Source: Eledone cirrhosa
Lineage: Eukaryota
Assembly (NCBI GenBank): GCA_964016885.1
Contig: OZ024745.1
Span: 67,332,001 to 67,396,000, forward strand
Length of the DNA stretch: 64,000 nt
Direction of reading: 5' to 3'
In this document: in pieces, positions 42,157 through 61,195 of the stretch
Position numbering within the stretch: the first letter of the stretch is position 1
Layout of the letters: every line of letters begins with the position of its first letter
Program-made: the position numbers and the translations under genes
The notes under the pieces: generated by a model
Databases searched by the model: none
What the model saw: the letters and a program-made list of their open reading frames with translations, nothing else
Told to the model about the DNA's origin: nothing

Positions 42157-43682
42157 ACTGGTAATTTAATGTATGTTAGCTCAACAGTATGGAGCAGTTA
42201 ATAATAATAATAATACTATTTATAGTTATTTATATACTATAACCAACTATAAACAGGAAAGGTCAGTAATGTATTACTACCTTATTACCAGTAAGAGAAA
42301 TAGCTCAATGTAAGAACATCAGGTGTTTTACAGAGCAGGAATATAAATTACACAATTATCAAAGTTATGTTCAAATCATTCTATTGCTGACAATCGTTTC
42401 TTCCAAACTTTCGTTTGGAATCATTGGAGCACTAGCAATGTTTGTACATATAATTAACCTCCTATTCAACTGAACAATCATATAGATACATATATATTGA
42501 TGTTGCGAACAACAGTTTCGTATTTACAGGGTGGAATAGATGTGTATGTATGTATATACACACATACATATACATATTGTTCCCTGATTCTTGAATTGTT
42601 ATTTAAGAGTTGTGCTCGTTAATTTTAGGTCATTTTCGTTTGTTTGTTTTTTGTCATATTTTATTTCTCAATATATTACTAAGTGTTGCGTATTTTTCCA
42701 TTTATTTTTTCCTTTTTCAATAGTGCAGCTAATTTGAGTCTTAGTGTCGTCTAGCTTATAAATCTGCAATTAAGATTAAGTACATTATCAATGAGAAGTG
42801 ATTGCTTTTGCTCTTCAATTCGTTTTATTTTACTCTATTTATAGTGTTATCCGATATAATAGATTTATTTATTTATTTATTCGTTTCTATCATTCGTATT
42901 TCTTTCACCTGTTGTTTCTTGAAGTTATAAGCTTCTTAGCAGTTTTTATTTTCTCAAATTATAGAAGCCAATAAGATTACCTTTTTTCCTTAAATTCTCT
43001 CGTCTAATCATTGCCATCAACATTACCATCAGCAATGCGGTTATCAATATCAGAACTATTTCCATTACCACCGCACTGCCACACCACTACAATACAAAAC
43101 GACTACTATCAATATAAAAAGGTGCTGAGGCCTAGAAAGGGGTTTTATGTGGTCTATCAGACTTAAGGAAATAGCAACTAAATTCCCCACAAATCACACG
43201 TTAAAGTCATTCAAAGACTGTGTACTACATTATCCATAGAATTATGAAATAAATGATACCTAAAACTCAAAACGTCTGATGATGACGGGAAAAGGGTGCG
43301 ATAACACCGTGTAACAAAAAAATATTTTTCTCTGTTCCTGGCTAGTAATCACTTTTTTGTGTTGCTTAGGTCCCAAATAAATAAAAAGGTGCTATTAAAC
43401 AGTTAAAAGTTTGGGTTTGTAAAAATTCTAAGCTATTCACTAGAATTATTTCTATGCTGGATTTTACGTTGTATGTAAGTTTAATTTGTTTATGTTAAAT
43501 GATTTTTTTATATATGTTTCAGGTTAAATTAAAATTATAAAATAAAGAGTAATACCTAAAGAAAATTATAAAAGTGCAATAATGTATAAAATTGTTAAAA
43601 AGTGGATTAAAGAGATTTATTGATACTGGATTTTCGCACCCTGAATAAAGGGTAAGTTGTGTTTTAAGCATTCGTCTACAGG

Positions 43683-44760
43683 ATGAAGCAGTGGAACTTG
43701 GTTAAGGAGGAAGTGCAGATGACAAGTCAGAGAAGTCGACACGAACCTTTCTCAGGCTTTTACACTCTTAGGGATGGCCTCTGCTTCTGCCATGACGTGC
43801 CTGGACTGTTTGACGTTATTGGGGTGCCGTTTGTGCCCAAGGAGTGGCGGCTATTTATAGACAGCTCCACCACAAGTTTGAAGGCTGTCCTCCTCCACAA
43901 TGGAAACAAGTTTCCGACACTGCCCCTAACTCATTCAGTCTGCCTGAAGGAAGATTACTACAGTGTGAAAGTCCTCTTGGAAGCTCTGCAATATAACCAG
44001 TACAACTGGGAAATCATTGGAGACTTCAATTTGGTGGCTTTCCTGCTTGGACTCCAAGGATGCTTTATCAAATTCCAATGCTTCCGCTGCCATTGGGACA
44101 GCAGAGCCACCTCTGATGACTACAAAAGAAATAACTGGGAGCAGCGAACATAATTTGTAGTTGGGACCCGGAACGTCATGTGGGAGCCACTGGTTGATCC
44201 CAGGATTGTGCTCATGCCACCACTGCACATTAAGTTGGGGTCGATGAAGCAGTTTGTGAAGGCTCTCAACCAAGTTATCAATTGCTTTTAAGTACTTTCT
44301 TGAGTTCTTCCCCAAGTTATCTTAGGCCAAAATCAAAGGTGGAATTTTTGTTGGACCTCAGATAAAGAAGGTGTTTGAGTCCGAGTTCTCCAATAAGCTC
44401 AATAGGATTAAGAGAACAGCATAGAACTGTTTCAATGCAGTTTTTAAAGGCTTCCTGGGCAACTACAGAGCTGAAAACTACCAACAACTGGTGCAGGATC
44501 TGATAAAGGCGTTTGGCGCTATGGGATGCAGGATGTCGCTTAAACTCCATATGCTGGACGCTCACCTGGAAAAATTCAAGGACAATATGGGCGCCTACTC
44601 AGAAGAACAAGGCGAACGATTCCACCAAGATGTGAAAGAGATAGAGCGGGGGTACCAGGGCCACTACAATGAAAAAATGATGGGGGACTATATCTGGGGG
44701 CTAGTGCGGGAATGCGACCTGGACTACAACCGCAAATCCAGGAAATGCAGTCATTTCTGA
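43683..44760 (+). pseudogene. Transposase pseudogene
   Basis: EWRLFIDSS..SLKAVLLHNGN, CFRCHWDSR, PPLHIKLG, SLKLHMLDAH, SEEQGERFHQD; in-frame stops. Confidence 0.85.
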
Positions 44761-44960
44761 CGTGTATAAGTTGCTTTATAAGTGTTATTTGTTTTTACTT
44801 GTTTGCTTTTGATAAGCTTGTGTCATAAAATAAATATATACTCTGTTGATTTAATTATATGAACTGATAATTTTTTTTTAAATGTGTTTTTTCTTGAAAA
44901 ATATGAAAATTTCGAAATATCAAACTCCTGACCACAAACCCAAACTTCTGATTAAATAAT

Positions 44961-45139
44961 TGTTTCTACTTTTGGCACAATGCCAGCAATTACCCAGTAC
45001 ATTACTGGTACTTTATTTTATCGACCCGTAAGGATGAAAGGCAAAGTTAACCTTGGCGGGATTTGATCTCAGATCATAAAGGGGCGTAACTCTGTGCTGC
45101 AAAGCATAGCGTCCGACCCTCTACCGATACTGCCAATCC
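44961..45139 (-). mobile_element. SINE family A nested in the DNA transposon
   Basis: 18-bp TSD aacttctg(a/g)ttaaataat (44943-44960 / 45140-45157). Confidence 0.9.
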
Positions 45140-45672
45140 AACTTCTGGTTAAATAATAGTGTTTTTTTATAATAATGGGATATAACAAACCATGAAATGA
45201 CACTTAGAACCGGGGAACAAAAAATATGTTACACGGTGTAATATAACTTTACAGTCAGAGCTGACCTTGACTAAACGACAACAGCATGATGTCCAACATC
45301 ATTATCATCATCATCATCATCATCATCATCATTATCATTATGACCATCATCATCAACATCATCATGACTATCATCGTCACCCTCATTATCATAAATATTA
45401 CACACAATACCATCCACATCATCCGAACATACCAACTATTACCATCACCATATATCACCAGTGATGTCACCGTGAGCATTGCTACCACCACCTACATTCA
45501 ACTAACACCACTATCAGCACCATTCCTAATATCACCAACATCAACATCACCCCTAGAAATATCATCATCATAAACATGACGAACACCAGCATCATAAACG
45601 TCCTTATCAACAACACCATAAACGCCACTGCAAACTGCATCAACAATAACGTCGCCAGCACCAACATTATTT

Positions 45673-45849
45673 CAGACCTGCCAACCTCTAAAAACCCAAA
45701 CATGAAAAAAGTACCCCAAAACGGGGAGAAATGAGGCAAAATAGGGAGATAATGAAAGCTATACCCATTTTCAACAAAGAAGACATCTCTCACCCATCCC
45801 AAAGTGGGTGGGAGATCTCCCCGTCGAATGGGGAGAGTTGACAGGACTG
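45673..45849. mobile_element. Old MITE
   Basis: Imperfect TIRs cagacctgccaac / gttgacaggactg. Confidence 0.55.
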
Positions 45850-46325
45850 TCATCTCCACCGAACAAACAAATGTTTGTCATGAAAGTTTGATCTGCTAGA
45901 AATAGCAACCTAATCTCTCTGCAAATACAACTTAGTATATTGAGAGAAGAGGAACACATTGGATATTGTAATACTAGATATGCTATAGCCAAGAGAAGAG
46001 GGGGATAGTCTAGTATGGGATGATTTTAATCACAGGTCAGCTGATATTGCTAAAGAACATGACATAAAACCACGATAACAGAAATATTTGCTTGAACAAC
46101 ATTAGAACCTCCATCACCAATAACAATAACCCATAAAAGTAATATTAATGAAACCAAAATTACATTTCATATGAAGCTGTATGAGTTGGCTCAACTTATA
46201 ATAGAATAGAATTAGAATTTAGCTTCGAACATAGCTGTATACAAATATGTATTTGAATTTCGTATTTCTAAAGAAATACGGTATGTTTATAAATAAACAT
46301 TTAGAAAGCCATAGCTATGAAATAC

Positions 46326-46652
46326 ACTGGCAGCTAACGCCACCCAGTGGTGTCCGGCAGAAGTAAGGGGGACAATCGTCGATGTATTTCGAACTCAACT
46401 GGTTCTCGTCAGGAAGATCTCTCCCTCTCTTGAAACTACTGGACATTTTATTCTATTATAAGTTGAGCCAATTTATACAGCTTCATATGCAAATGACATT
46501 AATCACCTCATTTACACAGACGAAAAAACTACATATTTTCGCCTGTTTTCAAAGCCCAGCAGTTGCAAGAGCGGGAGAGATCGTCCTAGCGAGAACCAGT
46601 TGAGTTCGAAATGCATCGACGATTGTCCCTTTTGCTTCTGCCAAACGCCGCT

Positions 46653-46655
<3 letters not shown>
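46326..46655. mobile_element. Diverged hammerhead-bearing fold-back insertion
   Basis: Arms ~46340-46442 / ~46555-46655. Confidence 0.75.
46374..46419 (-). ncRNA. Type I hammerhead (mirror copy 46579-46624, + strand)
   Basis: Two-copy consensus gatcgtc-CTGACGA-gaac cagttga gttc-GAAA-tgcATC-gacgatt. Confidence 0.75.
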
Positions 46656-46711
<56 letters not shown>

Positions 46712-46736
46712 TGCATATATATATATATATATATTA

Positions 46737-47184
46737 TATAGAAATGGCTTCTACAGGGCTAGAACTGTTTCATTCGGAGGAAATTATCAGAAAGCCGAGT
46801 GTCAATGTAAATTTCTGGTATTTATACATTTTGTCATGGTAAGGGAAGGGTAGTGGTTGGGGGGGGCAGAAGGGTGGTAGAGGTCATGGTGGGATTAAAG
46901 GGTGGGGATTCTTAGAAAAAACAAAATTTATTTAGAGAAAGAAGTTTAGTGGCAAGCTGCGATTGACTCTACTTTACTCTATAGTACAATTTTGAACAAA
47001 AGGTATATCAAGTAGTTGATCGAACATCTGTGGAAATTGTAGGTTAGTACAAGCACACACACGCCAACACAGACGCCCACACGCGCGCACACACACACAT
47101 ACGCACATAAATACATATATACAGATACAAATACATATATACAGACACACATACACACATTTGTGTATATATATACGTACACAT

Positions 47185-47238
<54 letters not shown>

Positions 47239-47240
47239 AT

Positions 47241-47286
<46 letters not shown>

Positions 47287-47292
47287 TCTTAC

Positions 47293-47350
<58 letters not shown>

Positions 47351-47388
47351 GCATACACACACTTACATACACACACACATACTATATA

Positions 47389-47420
<32 letters not shown>

Positions 47421-47523
47421 CATATATATACATATATATACACATATATATACATATATATATACACACACACACACACATATATATATACACACATTTA
47501 CACACATATACACATATATACAT

Positions 47524-47575
<52 letters not shown>

Positions 47576-48822
47576 ATGTTTATCCTTAACCGGATGAAAA
47601 CCCTCTTCACATGCCTTACAGGCGGATTATACCGAGATGACGGCCTCTTTGCCCTGCATAAAATTAACCCCAGGACTACCGATGGGTTTCGGAAAAACGT
47701 TAACGCTTTCTTCAATAACCTAGGCCTCAGAATAACTATAGATTCGAGTTTAACTAAAGCCAACTTCTTAGATGTAACTCTCGATTTAGAAACCTCCCTT
47801 TATTATCCGTACCACAAACCTAACGAATCCCTTAGATATATAGACGTTAACTTGAATCATCCCAAGAACATCACAGATAATTTAGTTAAAAGTGTCTCCC
47901 TTAGGATTTCTGGCCTCTCCGCCAATGAGGATATCTTTATGGCCGCGGCCCCCTATTACAAGGAAGCCCTAGCCCGTAGCGGTTTTAAAGATAAGATCTC
48001 TTATCTCAGAATAGCCCCACGCCCACCCAGAAGAAATAGGAAGAGGCAATTAGCTGGTACAACCCCCCTCCCCCCTTCAACCGCGAGGTATCTACACCTA
48101 TGGCAAAAAATTTCTTTACTCTATTGCACAAACACTTCCCCACCCAACATAGGTACTACACCATTTTTAATAAGAATACAATCAGACTCTCTTACTCCAC
48201 TACACCAAATCTAACTAGGAACTTAGCCAATATTAATATTACTAAGTTAAATAAGTTTACTACCTCCGAAACCTATCCCGGTACTGAGGTCCTGTGCAAC
48301 TGCCACAATAAGGCTGCATGCCCCTTCAGCAATAAATGCCTTACAAAGGATATTGTATACAAATGTGATGTCATCTCAGGCCCTGATGAAGAGAGAAAGA
48401 CGTATATCGGGATGACCTCCAACAACTTTAAGACCCGTTGATACGCACACACCCATTCTTTTCGACGCTCAACTACTTGATATACCTTTTGTTCAAAATT
48501 GTACTATAGAATAAAGTAGTATTTATTTCAATTGCAACTTGCCACTAAACTTCTTTCTCTAAATAAATTTTGTTTTTTCTAAGAATCCCCACCCTTTAAT
48601 CCCACCATGACCTCTACCACCCTTCCTCCCCCAACCACTACCCTTCACTTACCATGACAAAATGTATAAATACAAGAAATTTACATTGACACTCGGCTTT
48701 CTTATGATTTCCTCCGAATGAAACAGTTCTAGCCCTGTAGAAGCCATTTCTATATTAAATTACTTTTACTCTGCTATGTATTGAGTACCTTACTGTGGTT
48801 ATCCCCGATTTAACCCGGGTAC
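46737..48822 (+). mobile_element. 5'-truncated Naiad-like PLE with inverted upstream pLTR
   Basis: ORF remnant 47578-48470 ([40 protein letters not shown]); 46737-47020 is the reverse complement of ~48470-48754; tail 48755-48822; degenerate hammerhead 48695-48734. Confidence 0.88.
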
Positions 48823-48838
48823 TATATATATATATACA

Positions 48839-48923
<85 letters not shown>

Positions 48924-48941
48924 CATAAATATATATATGTA

Positions 48942-52699
<3,758 letters not shown>

Positions 52700-52738
52700 A
52701 TGAAAGGTATAGAAATTGTTTTAGCGAGAAGCTAACAG

Positions 52739-52803
<65 letters not shown>

Positions 52804-52821
52804 TTTCATATATATATACAT

Positions 52822-52891
<70 letters not shown>

Positions 52892-52899
52892 TATATGTA

Positions 52900-53033
<134 letters not shown>

Positions 53034-53471
53034 GCAAACACATAAGTACGAATAAGGAGAAAAGAGAAAACTCGATACTAGAAATAATATTCGATATTAT
53101 TAAAAGTTTAAAACTTCAAAATAAATTTCTGCGAGATTCTCATTTCCGATCTTTGGGGAAAAATATAAAAAGTTGAACATGTTGAAAATATTTATAGGTA
53201 ACAATAAATAAAAATAAAAATAAATATTGAATACTGTATTGACTGAATAAAATGTATTTAAAATTCTGGAAACAAACGGATCTACTTGGATAATACAGAT
53301 GACCATTAATGCAAATATAACATATCAAATACAAAATATTATTAAGTAAATAAATAAATTGTCGGAAGAAGAGACAGATAGGCGAAGCCATTGGATAAAC
53401 TAGGAAGGAGGCAAAACAGAAACGTGAGTGGAGAAGAAAATGAGATTGGAAAGGAAAATGAAAAGGAGAGT

Positions 53472-53563
<92 letters not shown>

Positions 53564-53567
53564 TTAT

Positions 53568-54626
53568 ACTAGCAGAGGTACCCGGCGTTGCTCGAGTATT
53601 AAATAGCAGTTGTGTGTACCATTTATGTCAATACTTCAGTGCTGCTTCGAAAACTATACTTTTACAAAATCATCGGCTTTTTCCAAAAGGAGGTTCCTGT
53701 CCCCAGGGGTCACCTACTCAATATGTGCCAATTCTGAGAGTTCACATTCATTTGTAGGACCAACGTAGCCCATGTGTCAAGTTTTGTGAAAATCGTTGCA
53801 AACTCCAGAAGTTATGACGTTTTGTTGCATTGCACTGCAGTGCCTCAGTCGACTCCAAGGAAGTGGTGAAAGGAGTTATCTGCCGGAGGCCCTATAATCA
53901 ATATCTGGAAAAATGAAAGTGCCCATGACCATCCGGAGTACATAAGTAACCTGTCTTAAGTTTGGTGAAAATACTGTAGAAATACATAAGGTTTATACAT
54001 ACGCGCGCGCGCGCGTGTATGTGTCTGTGTTTGTGGGTGTGTATGTATTTGTGTGTGCGTATGTATTTGTATGTCCGTCGGGGCATACGTATGTACTGGC
54101 CTAAATCTTCACTATTTACTTTTACTATTTTAATAACCTCTGTCATTTTCGTTTTCAATTTTATTGACATCATTCTTAAACTCCGGGGCTGAAAATCATT
54201 CTGTTATTTTAATTAGAATATTAGTCTAACGACTCCATTATTCCATAAACTTGGTCTTGTCTTTGCATGAAAATGTTCTTCTCCCTCCACATAACGACGT
54301 ATTATCCTCGCTTTGTTTTCGTTCTTTGCCAGGGAATGGCTTCACGAACCAAAATATCGTCTTCCTGTTTTCCTTCAGTTGCAACGTTTCTCGAAATATT
54401 TACTTTTGCGTTCACAGATTACTCTCAGTTCAATTTGAATGGGAAATTCCTGTTTCATCGGTTTTCTCCGTAACCATGGAATCTTGTGGCTTGAAAGTCG
54501 ACCCAACGCCTCCTCGGGTTATTCTGCATAACTGTAAATTTTCGCTGCATTCCACCAAGCCGTGTCGACGTTTATCCGACTACACCTACATATACAACGT
54601 CCGACCACTTCCAATTTATATAGTAG

Positions 54627-54628
<2 letters not shown>
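53568..54628 (+). mobile_element. Non-autonomous Helentron/DINE-1-like element
   Basis: 5' actagcagaggtacccggcgttgctcgag, internal caagttttgtgaaaatcg-type repeats and microsatellite, 3' tttatatagtagat; no TSD seen. Confidence 0.55.
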
Positions 54629-54702
<74 letters not shown>

Positions 54703-54964
54703 ATGAGCAGAACAAACAAACATTAAACAATCCTTTAAATAAATTAAAAAATGTTTTAAATATCTACCTGTTCATAATGCTATCACCGGCGGTTTCCATT
54801 TACAAAAGATTAGAAATTCAGAGAATTTCCAACGGAAAGTAAATTTCATCAGATAGCTATTTCCATCCTATAGGACTAAGTCCCACGGTCTGCAAATATA
54901 ATGCCAACTACCAGCTCGTATGAGTTATGGCCGTTAAAGTGACCCATATATATATATATATATA

Positions 54965-55468
<504 letters not shown>

Positions 55469-55511
55469 ACCCATATATATATATATAATATATATATATA
55501 TATGTATATAC

Positions 55512-55960
<449 letters not shown>

Positions 55961-56026
55961 GAATCGGAAACCAAGTTTCTTTAACTGTTCTTTTGTAACT
56001 CGTTGAGTAACCTCTCACCGTACGTC

Positions 56027-56096
56027 GACTCTATCTAGTGTAGTAATTAACCATTACTGCATTCAGCAGAATAATCCTAAGCATTTCTTGCATAAC

Positions 56097-56136
<40 letters not shown>

Positions 56137-56157
56137 CCTAAGCATTTCTTGCATAAC

Positions 56158-56193
<36 letters not shown>

Positions 56194-56215
56194 CCTAAGC
56201 ATTTCTTGCATAACC

Positions 56216-56274
<59 letters not shown>

Positions 56275-56339
56275 TTATGCAAGAAATGCTTAGGATTATC
56301 CTGAATGCAGTAATGGTTAATTACTACACTAGATAGAGT
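56027..56339. repeat. Inverted repeat with a 28-bp unit triplicated between (TA)n runs
   Basis: taatcctaagcatttcttgcataaccta x3, then reverse-complement arm 56271-56339. Confidence 0.85.
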
Positions 56340-56347
56340 ATATATAT

Positions 56348-56886
56348 ATATTGTTATATTTGGGGAGGGTCATATTGTTGTAATATTATTTATTATTGCC
56401 AGAAATAATAACAGAACACACTCACTGTTTCGTTGGTTTTCGCTTCTGCATCTTTTATATCTCCAAAAACCAAAACACATACACCCAAACGCAAACACAC
56501 ACACACCAAACATTATACACACACGCAAATGCATGTGCAGAGACGGAGACAAAAATAAATAAATAAAATAAAAATGACGTAAACACAACACTATAGGAGG
56601 GAACAAGATAATAGTACCACTGATGATGTTGCAGATGTGCAACGAAAGAACTTCGTTAGACTATATATATATTTATATCTGTATTTTCGACCGTTGGTCA
56701 GTCAGTGATAAACATTGATGACCAAATGAATTAACTATGGAGATATAAAAGATGCAGAAGCGAAAAGCAACCACACAGTGAGTGTGTTCTGTTATTATTT
56801 CTGGCAATACTATTACAACAATATGACCCTCCCCAAATATAACAATATTTGTTTCGATACACGATTTCATATCAAAAACCTCGCAA

Positions 56887-56890
<4 letters not shown>
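56348..56890. mobile_element. Fold-back insertion, family E, second copy
   Basis: Short arm 56348-56460, long arm plus tail ~56690-56890. Confidence 0.8.
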
Positions 56891-56958
<68 letters not shown>

Positions 56959-57084
56959 TATATTTATATATATATATATATTCCTAACGATCGACTATCG
57001 TCAAATCGGACCGAGGAAACCGGTGTTTCCATTGGTCTTTCCAATTGCTAATACTATCTATCGGTCGCAACTCCAGGTAGAAGG

Positions 57085-57161
57085 AGCAACGTGAAATAAA
57101 GTGTCTTGCTCAAGGACATAACGCATCGCCCGGTCCAGGAATCGAACTCACAACCTCACGA
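57085..57161 (-). mobile_element. Second-family SINE fragment
   Basis: gagcaacgtgaaataaagtgtcttgctcaaggaca...ggaatcgaactcacaacctcacgat. Confidence 0.75.
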
Positions 57162-57215
57162 TATATATATAGTGTAGGTAGTACGGTGAAATACTTCCTC
57201 GTTTTTTCTATTATA

Positions 57216-57252
<37 letters not shown>

Positions 57253-58514
57253 ATATATATATTTTTCTATTATATATATATGATCAAATTAACTGGTGGA
57301 TTCCTTCACCCAATTTCTGGGCTTAACCTTTAGATATTTTATTGATATCATAAAGCTTTTAATGGAAACATTCTCAAGGTTCTGGTAAAAACAAAAATTC
57401 CTCTCATCAGTTTTGTTTCATGCCAAAGGCTGGCTGATATCAATGTTAATGTTTGATATCCTATAAATATCTAACTAAGCTTTTCTTCGAGTTAGTGCAA
57501 GTATATTTTGTTCTGAAAAGAGTCCGAATGAGCTTATTTTAAAATAGACCTGTCCATCTTAGCAAAGGCTAGACAAGATGTTCCCAACATTTCTTATTCT
57601 TGAGGTACGAAAGAAGCTTAAGATGCAATACTGAATAATAATGATCAACAACTGAAGCCTAGTGGCACCCCTTACGATACGATCTACGATACTCGAGGGA
57701 GACACAACACCCACAAACCATACAGACATATCTACCACGTTCCTAAGAAATGCTTTGTTATTCAGTGCAACGTTCTCCAGTTTTTTCTGGAACTATGGAG
57801 TTAGGAATAAAAAAAAATCTGAATTATCAAGTTCTTGTCTTGTGATTCTTCCTTTATAAACTATTATCACCTAATAGATAAAGTATACAAAGTTGTTTTA
57901 TGTAACTGTCCCACTGAAATGTATTTGATCTTCTATACCTGTTTTTGTCGGTTTGATTTTAGATCTGTTTGTTATCTATTTTATGAATGTTTTAATATCC
58001 GGACTCGAAAAACTTTCATCTTCTTCCCTATCATTATATTTTCTATTTTCTTGTATTTTCTAGGAATCAGCTGACTAGTTTAATTTCCGGATTCTAAGAA
58101 CTTTTGATCTTTTGGCCACCACAATTAAATCTTGTTACAGGTTTCTCCCTTGCACAAATTCAGTTGCAGAAATTCTCCCGAGAAGTTTTACTGAATTTTT
58201 ATACATATTATTACATTCATTCAAATAAGTATGCTTTCAATTATTTCCTAATAATTTTTACAAATCAGTTCCTACTCCCTGCCACCTATTTTGGAGTTTA
58301 ACTCAATATTTTCCAAGTTTTCGTACATTCGCCTGTGAATTTAAATATCTATATAGGCGTGTGTACGTGTATGTATTCGTGCCAGTGTGTATATGCATAT
58401 ATATGTATGTATGCGTGTGCTCGCACACGTATGTCCGTATATATATACATATATATAGAGAGAGAAAAATAGATAGATTGATAGGTAGGTAGAGAGATAG
58501 AGATAGAGATACGT

Positions 58515-58585
<71 letters not shown>

Positions 58586-59234
58586 GTGTACGTGTGCATG
58601 TATGCATATATATATATATATATATATATATTCTAACATACACCGAGGTGTACATAAATATTCCTTATATATATATATATATATATGGAGGTTTAGGGTG
58701 CGTATGTGTGTACACTGTAATGCTTTCATTTGAAAAAATTTTATCGGCTATATTTTGGTGTATATAAATTCTCCAATTTTTATTTTGATCAAATGTATTG
58801 TTTATAAATATCTTTACAAATACATTTTTCATGACTTTAATATACATTTTATACATTTTTTCTATATTTTTCTGTATTTTCTATATTTTTATATTTCGCA
58901 CCTTTATATTTTCAAGAAACTATTGTGTTTTTTCACATTCTACTCTTTTTCTCCTTCCTATTTTCCTTTTTTCAGATTACTTTCTCTTACCCTTTCTATC
59001 ACTTTTCTTTCAATCTATTTATTTTATTTTCCTACATCCTTTTTCTCCTTACTCTCCTTACTCTCCTTACTCTCCTTGCTCTCCTTACTCTCCTTACTCT
59101 TCTTACTCTCCTTACTTTCCTTTCTCCTCCTCCTTCAAATTATTAAGACTGAATAGTGACTCACTATTTAATCTTAATAAAATGAATGTTTAAATTCTAC
59201 TTCGGTATTGAGTACTCTTTTCTTTCGGATATAC

Positions 59235-59295
<61 letters not shown>

Positions 59296-59395
59296 TGTTT
59301 GTATGTAAGTGTATATATACATATATTATATATATATAAATGAAAAGTATAGAAATTGTTGTAGCGAGAAGCTAACAGTATTCCATAACATATCA

Positions 59396-59426
<31 letters not shown>

Positions 59427-59438
59427 AATTATATATAT

Positions 59439-59502
<64 letters not shown>

Positions 59503-59505
<3 letters not shown>

Positions 59506-59646
59506 CATTTCTGAATTTGTTTAGCAAGATTCTTTATCTGAAAACGTGTGTTGAAACCGATATTGTTATACTTTGGGAGGGTCATGTTGCCAATAAGAAA
59601 CACACGCACCAGTTGCTTTTACTTCAATTTATTATAATAAATTTAT
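59503..59646 (-). mobile_element. Family C arm plus tail
   Basis: Near-identical to 17449-17585. Confidence 0.85.
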
Positions 59647-59875
59647 AAATTTAGGAATTTATAAAATTCCGGTTGGTTGGTTGGTTCCACAACCAGATGG
59701 TTGTTTATATATTGTCAAAGTTCTTTCGTCACACATTCTGTGACCTCTTCAGTGACTGGGGATTCCTTTCTTTGTTTTTGTGCCTCTCCTTTGTTCTGTC
59801 CTACGCCATACTTTCATGCTTTCGCAATCTTCAGGTTCAGTTGAAAATTGCAAACTCGACTGTCACCACATATCA

Positions 59876-59914
59876 TGAACCTGAAGATTGCGAAAGCATG
59901 AAAGTACTTGTTCA
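59876..59914 (+). ncRNA. Minimal type I hammerhead (partial inverted copy 59809-59839)
   Basis: tgaac-CTGAAGA-t tgc gaaa gca t-GAAA-gtaCTT-gttca; 5-bp stem I; palindromic stem III agtact. Confidence 0.75.
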
Positions 59915-60109
59915 ATTAACACTTAGAATTTAATATTCTATCATACTATTTCATCATAATACCATTATATATATTTTAAAGGATTGTAAATAAAACGAGT
60001 AAATCAGACAAAGTTGGAATTCCTCTTATTAATATAATCTTCTATACACAATCATACACACCCGTGTATATTTACCTATCTATATATATATATATATATA
60101 TATAAGGTT

Positions 60110-60160
60110 AGTTTCAGAAGATCCCGTTAAGGGTGAAAGCAGCGATTGTTTGCTTAAACT
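60110..60160 (+). ncRNA. Hammerhead-like motif (CAGAAGA core) in a ~75-bp island within (TA)n
   Basis: agttt-CAGAAGA-t ccc gttaa ggg t-GAAA-gca...tgCTT-aaact; core-deleted reverse copy at ~31919-31982. Confidence 0.6.
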
Positions 60161-60171
60161 TTAATCTGTTA

Positions 60172-60718
<547 letters not shown>

Positions 60719-60920
60719 TATATATATATTCGTTTAGAGATGATGATTTAATTTATTACTGCTGCCTGTTTATCTCTTTCAACATTCTGGCCACAAGAAA
60801 GTTGATGAAGAAGCTTTTACAGTGTAGAAAACTTCGGCTTCAGAAAAATCAATGAAAAATGAAAGAAAGAGGAAAATGTTACACACCCACAAACACGCAC
60901 GCCCTGTGTATGTGTGCGTG

Positions 60921-60961
<41 letters not shown>

Positions 60962-61164
60962 GTATGTATAGGTATATATGATAATTATTTCATCGGAGAG
61001 TCATTTTAACAATTTAAGAAAACACTTTTCTTAAATGGCTAAAATAACTCGTCCACGATGAAATACTTTCAGTTTCTACACACGCTCTCTGATCAACTAA
61101 CTTGTCAAACAAGTGCAATTTTGATGTGTGTGTAAGTATATATATATGTGTGTGTGTATGCACG

Positions 61165-61195
<31 letters not shown>

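Larger units (their letters stand above)
37972..42542 (-). mobile_element. Near full-length Naiad-like Penelope-like element with ~330-bp direct pLTR repeats
   Basis: Repeats 37972-38300 and 42214-42542, each with a hammerhead; long 3' UTR; microsatellite flanks. Confidence 0.9.
43305..45238 (+). mobile_element. TIR DNA transposon (Tc1/mariner-related, probably m44-type), internally deleted
   Basis: TIRs caccgtgtaaca / tgttacacggtg, TA on the right flank; transposase remnant inside. Confidence 0.8.
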
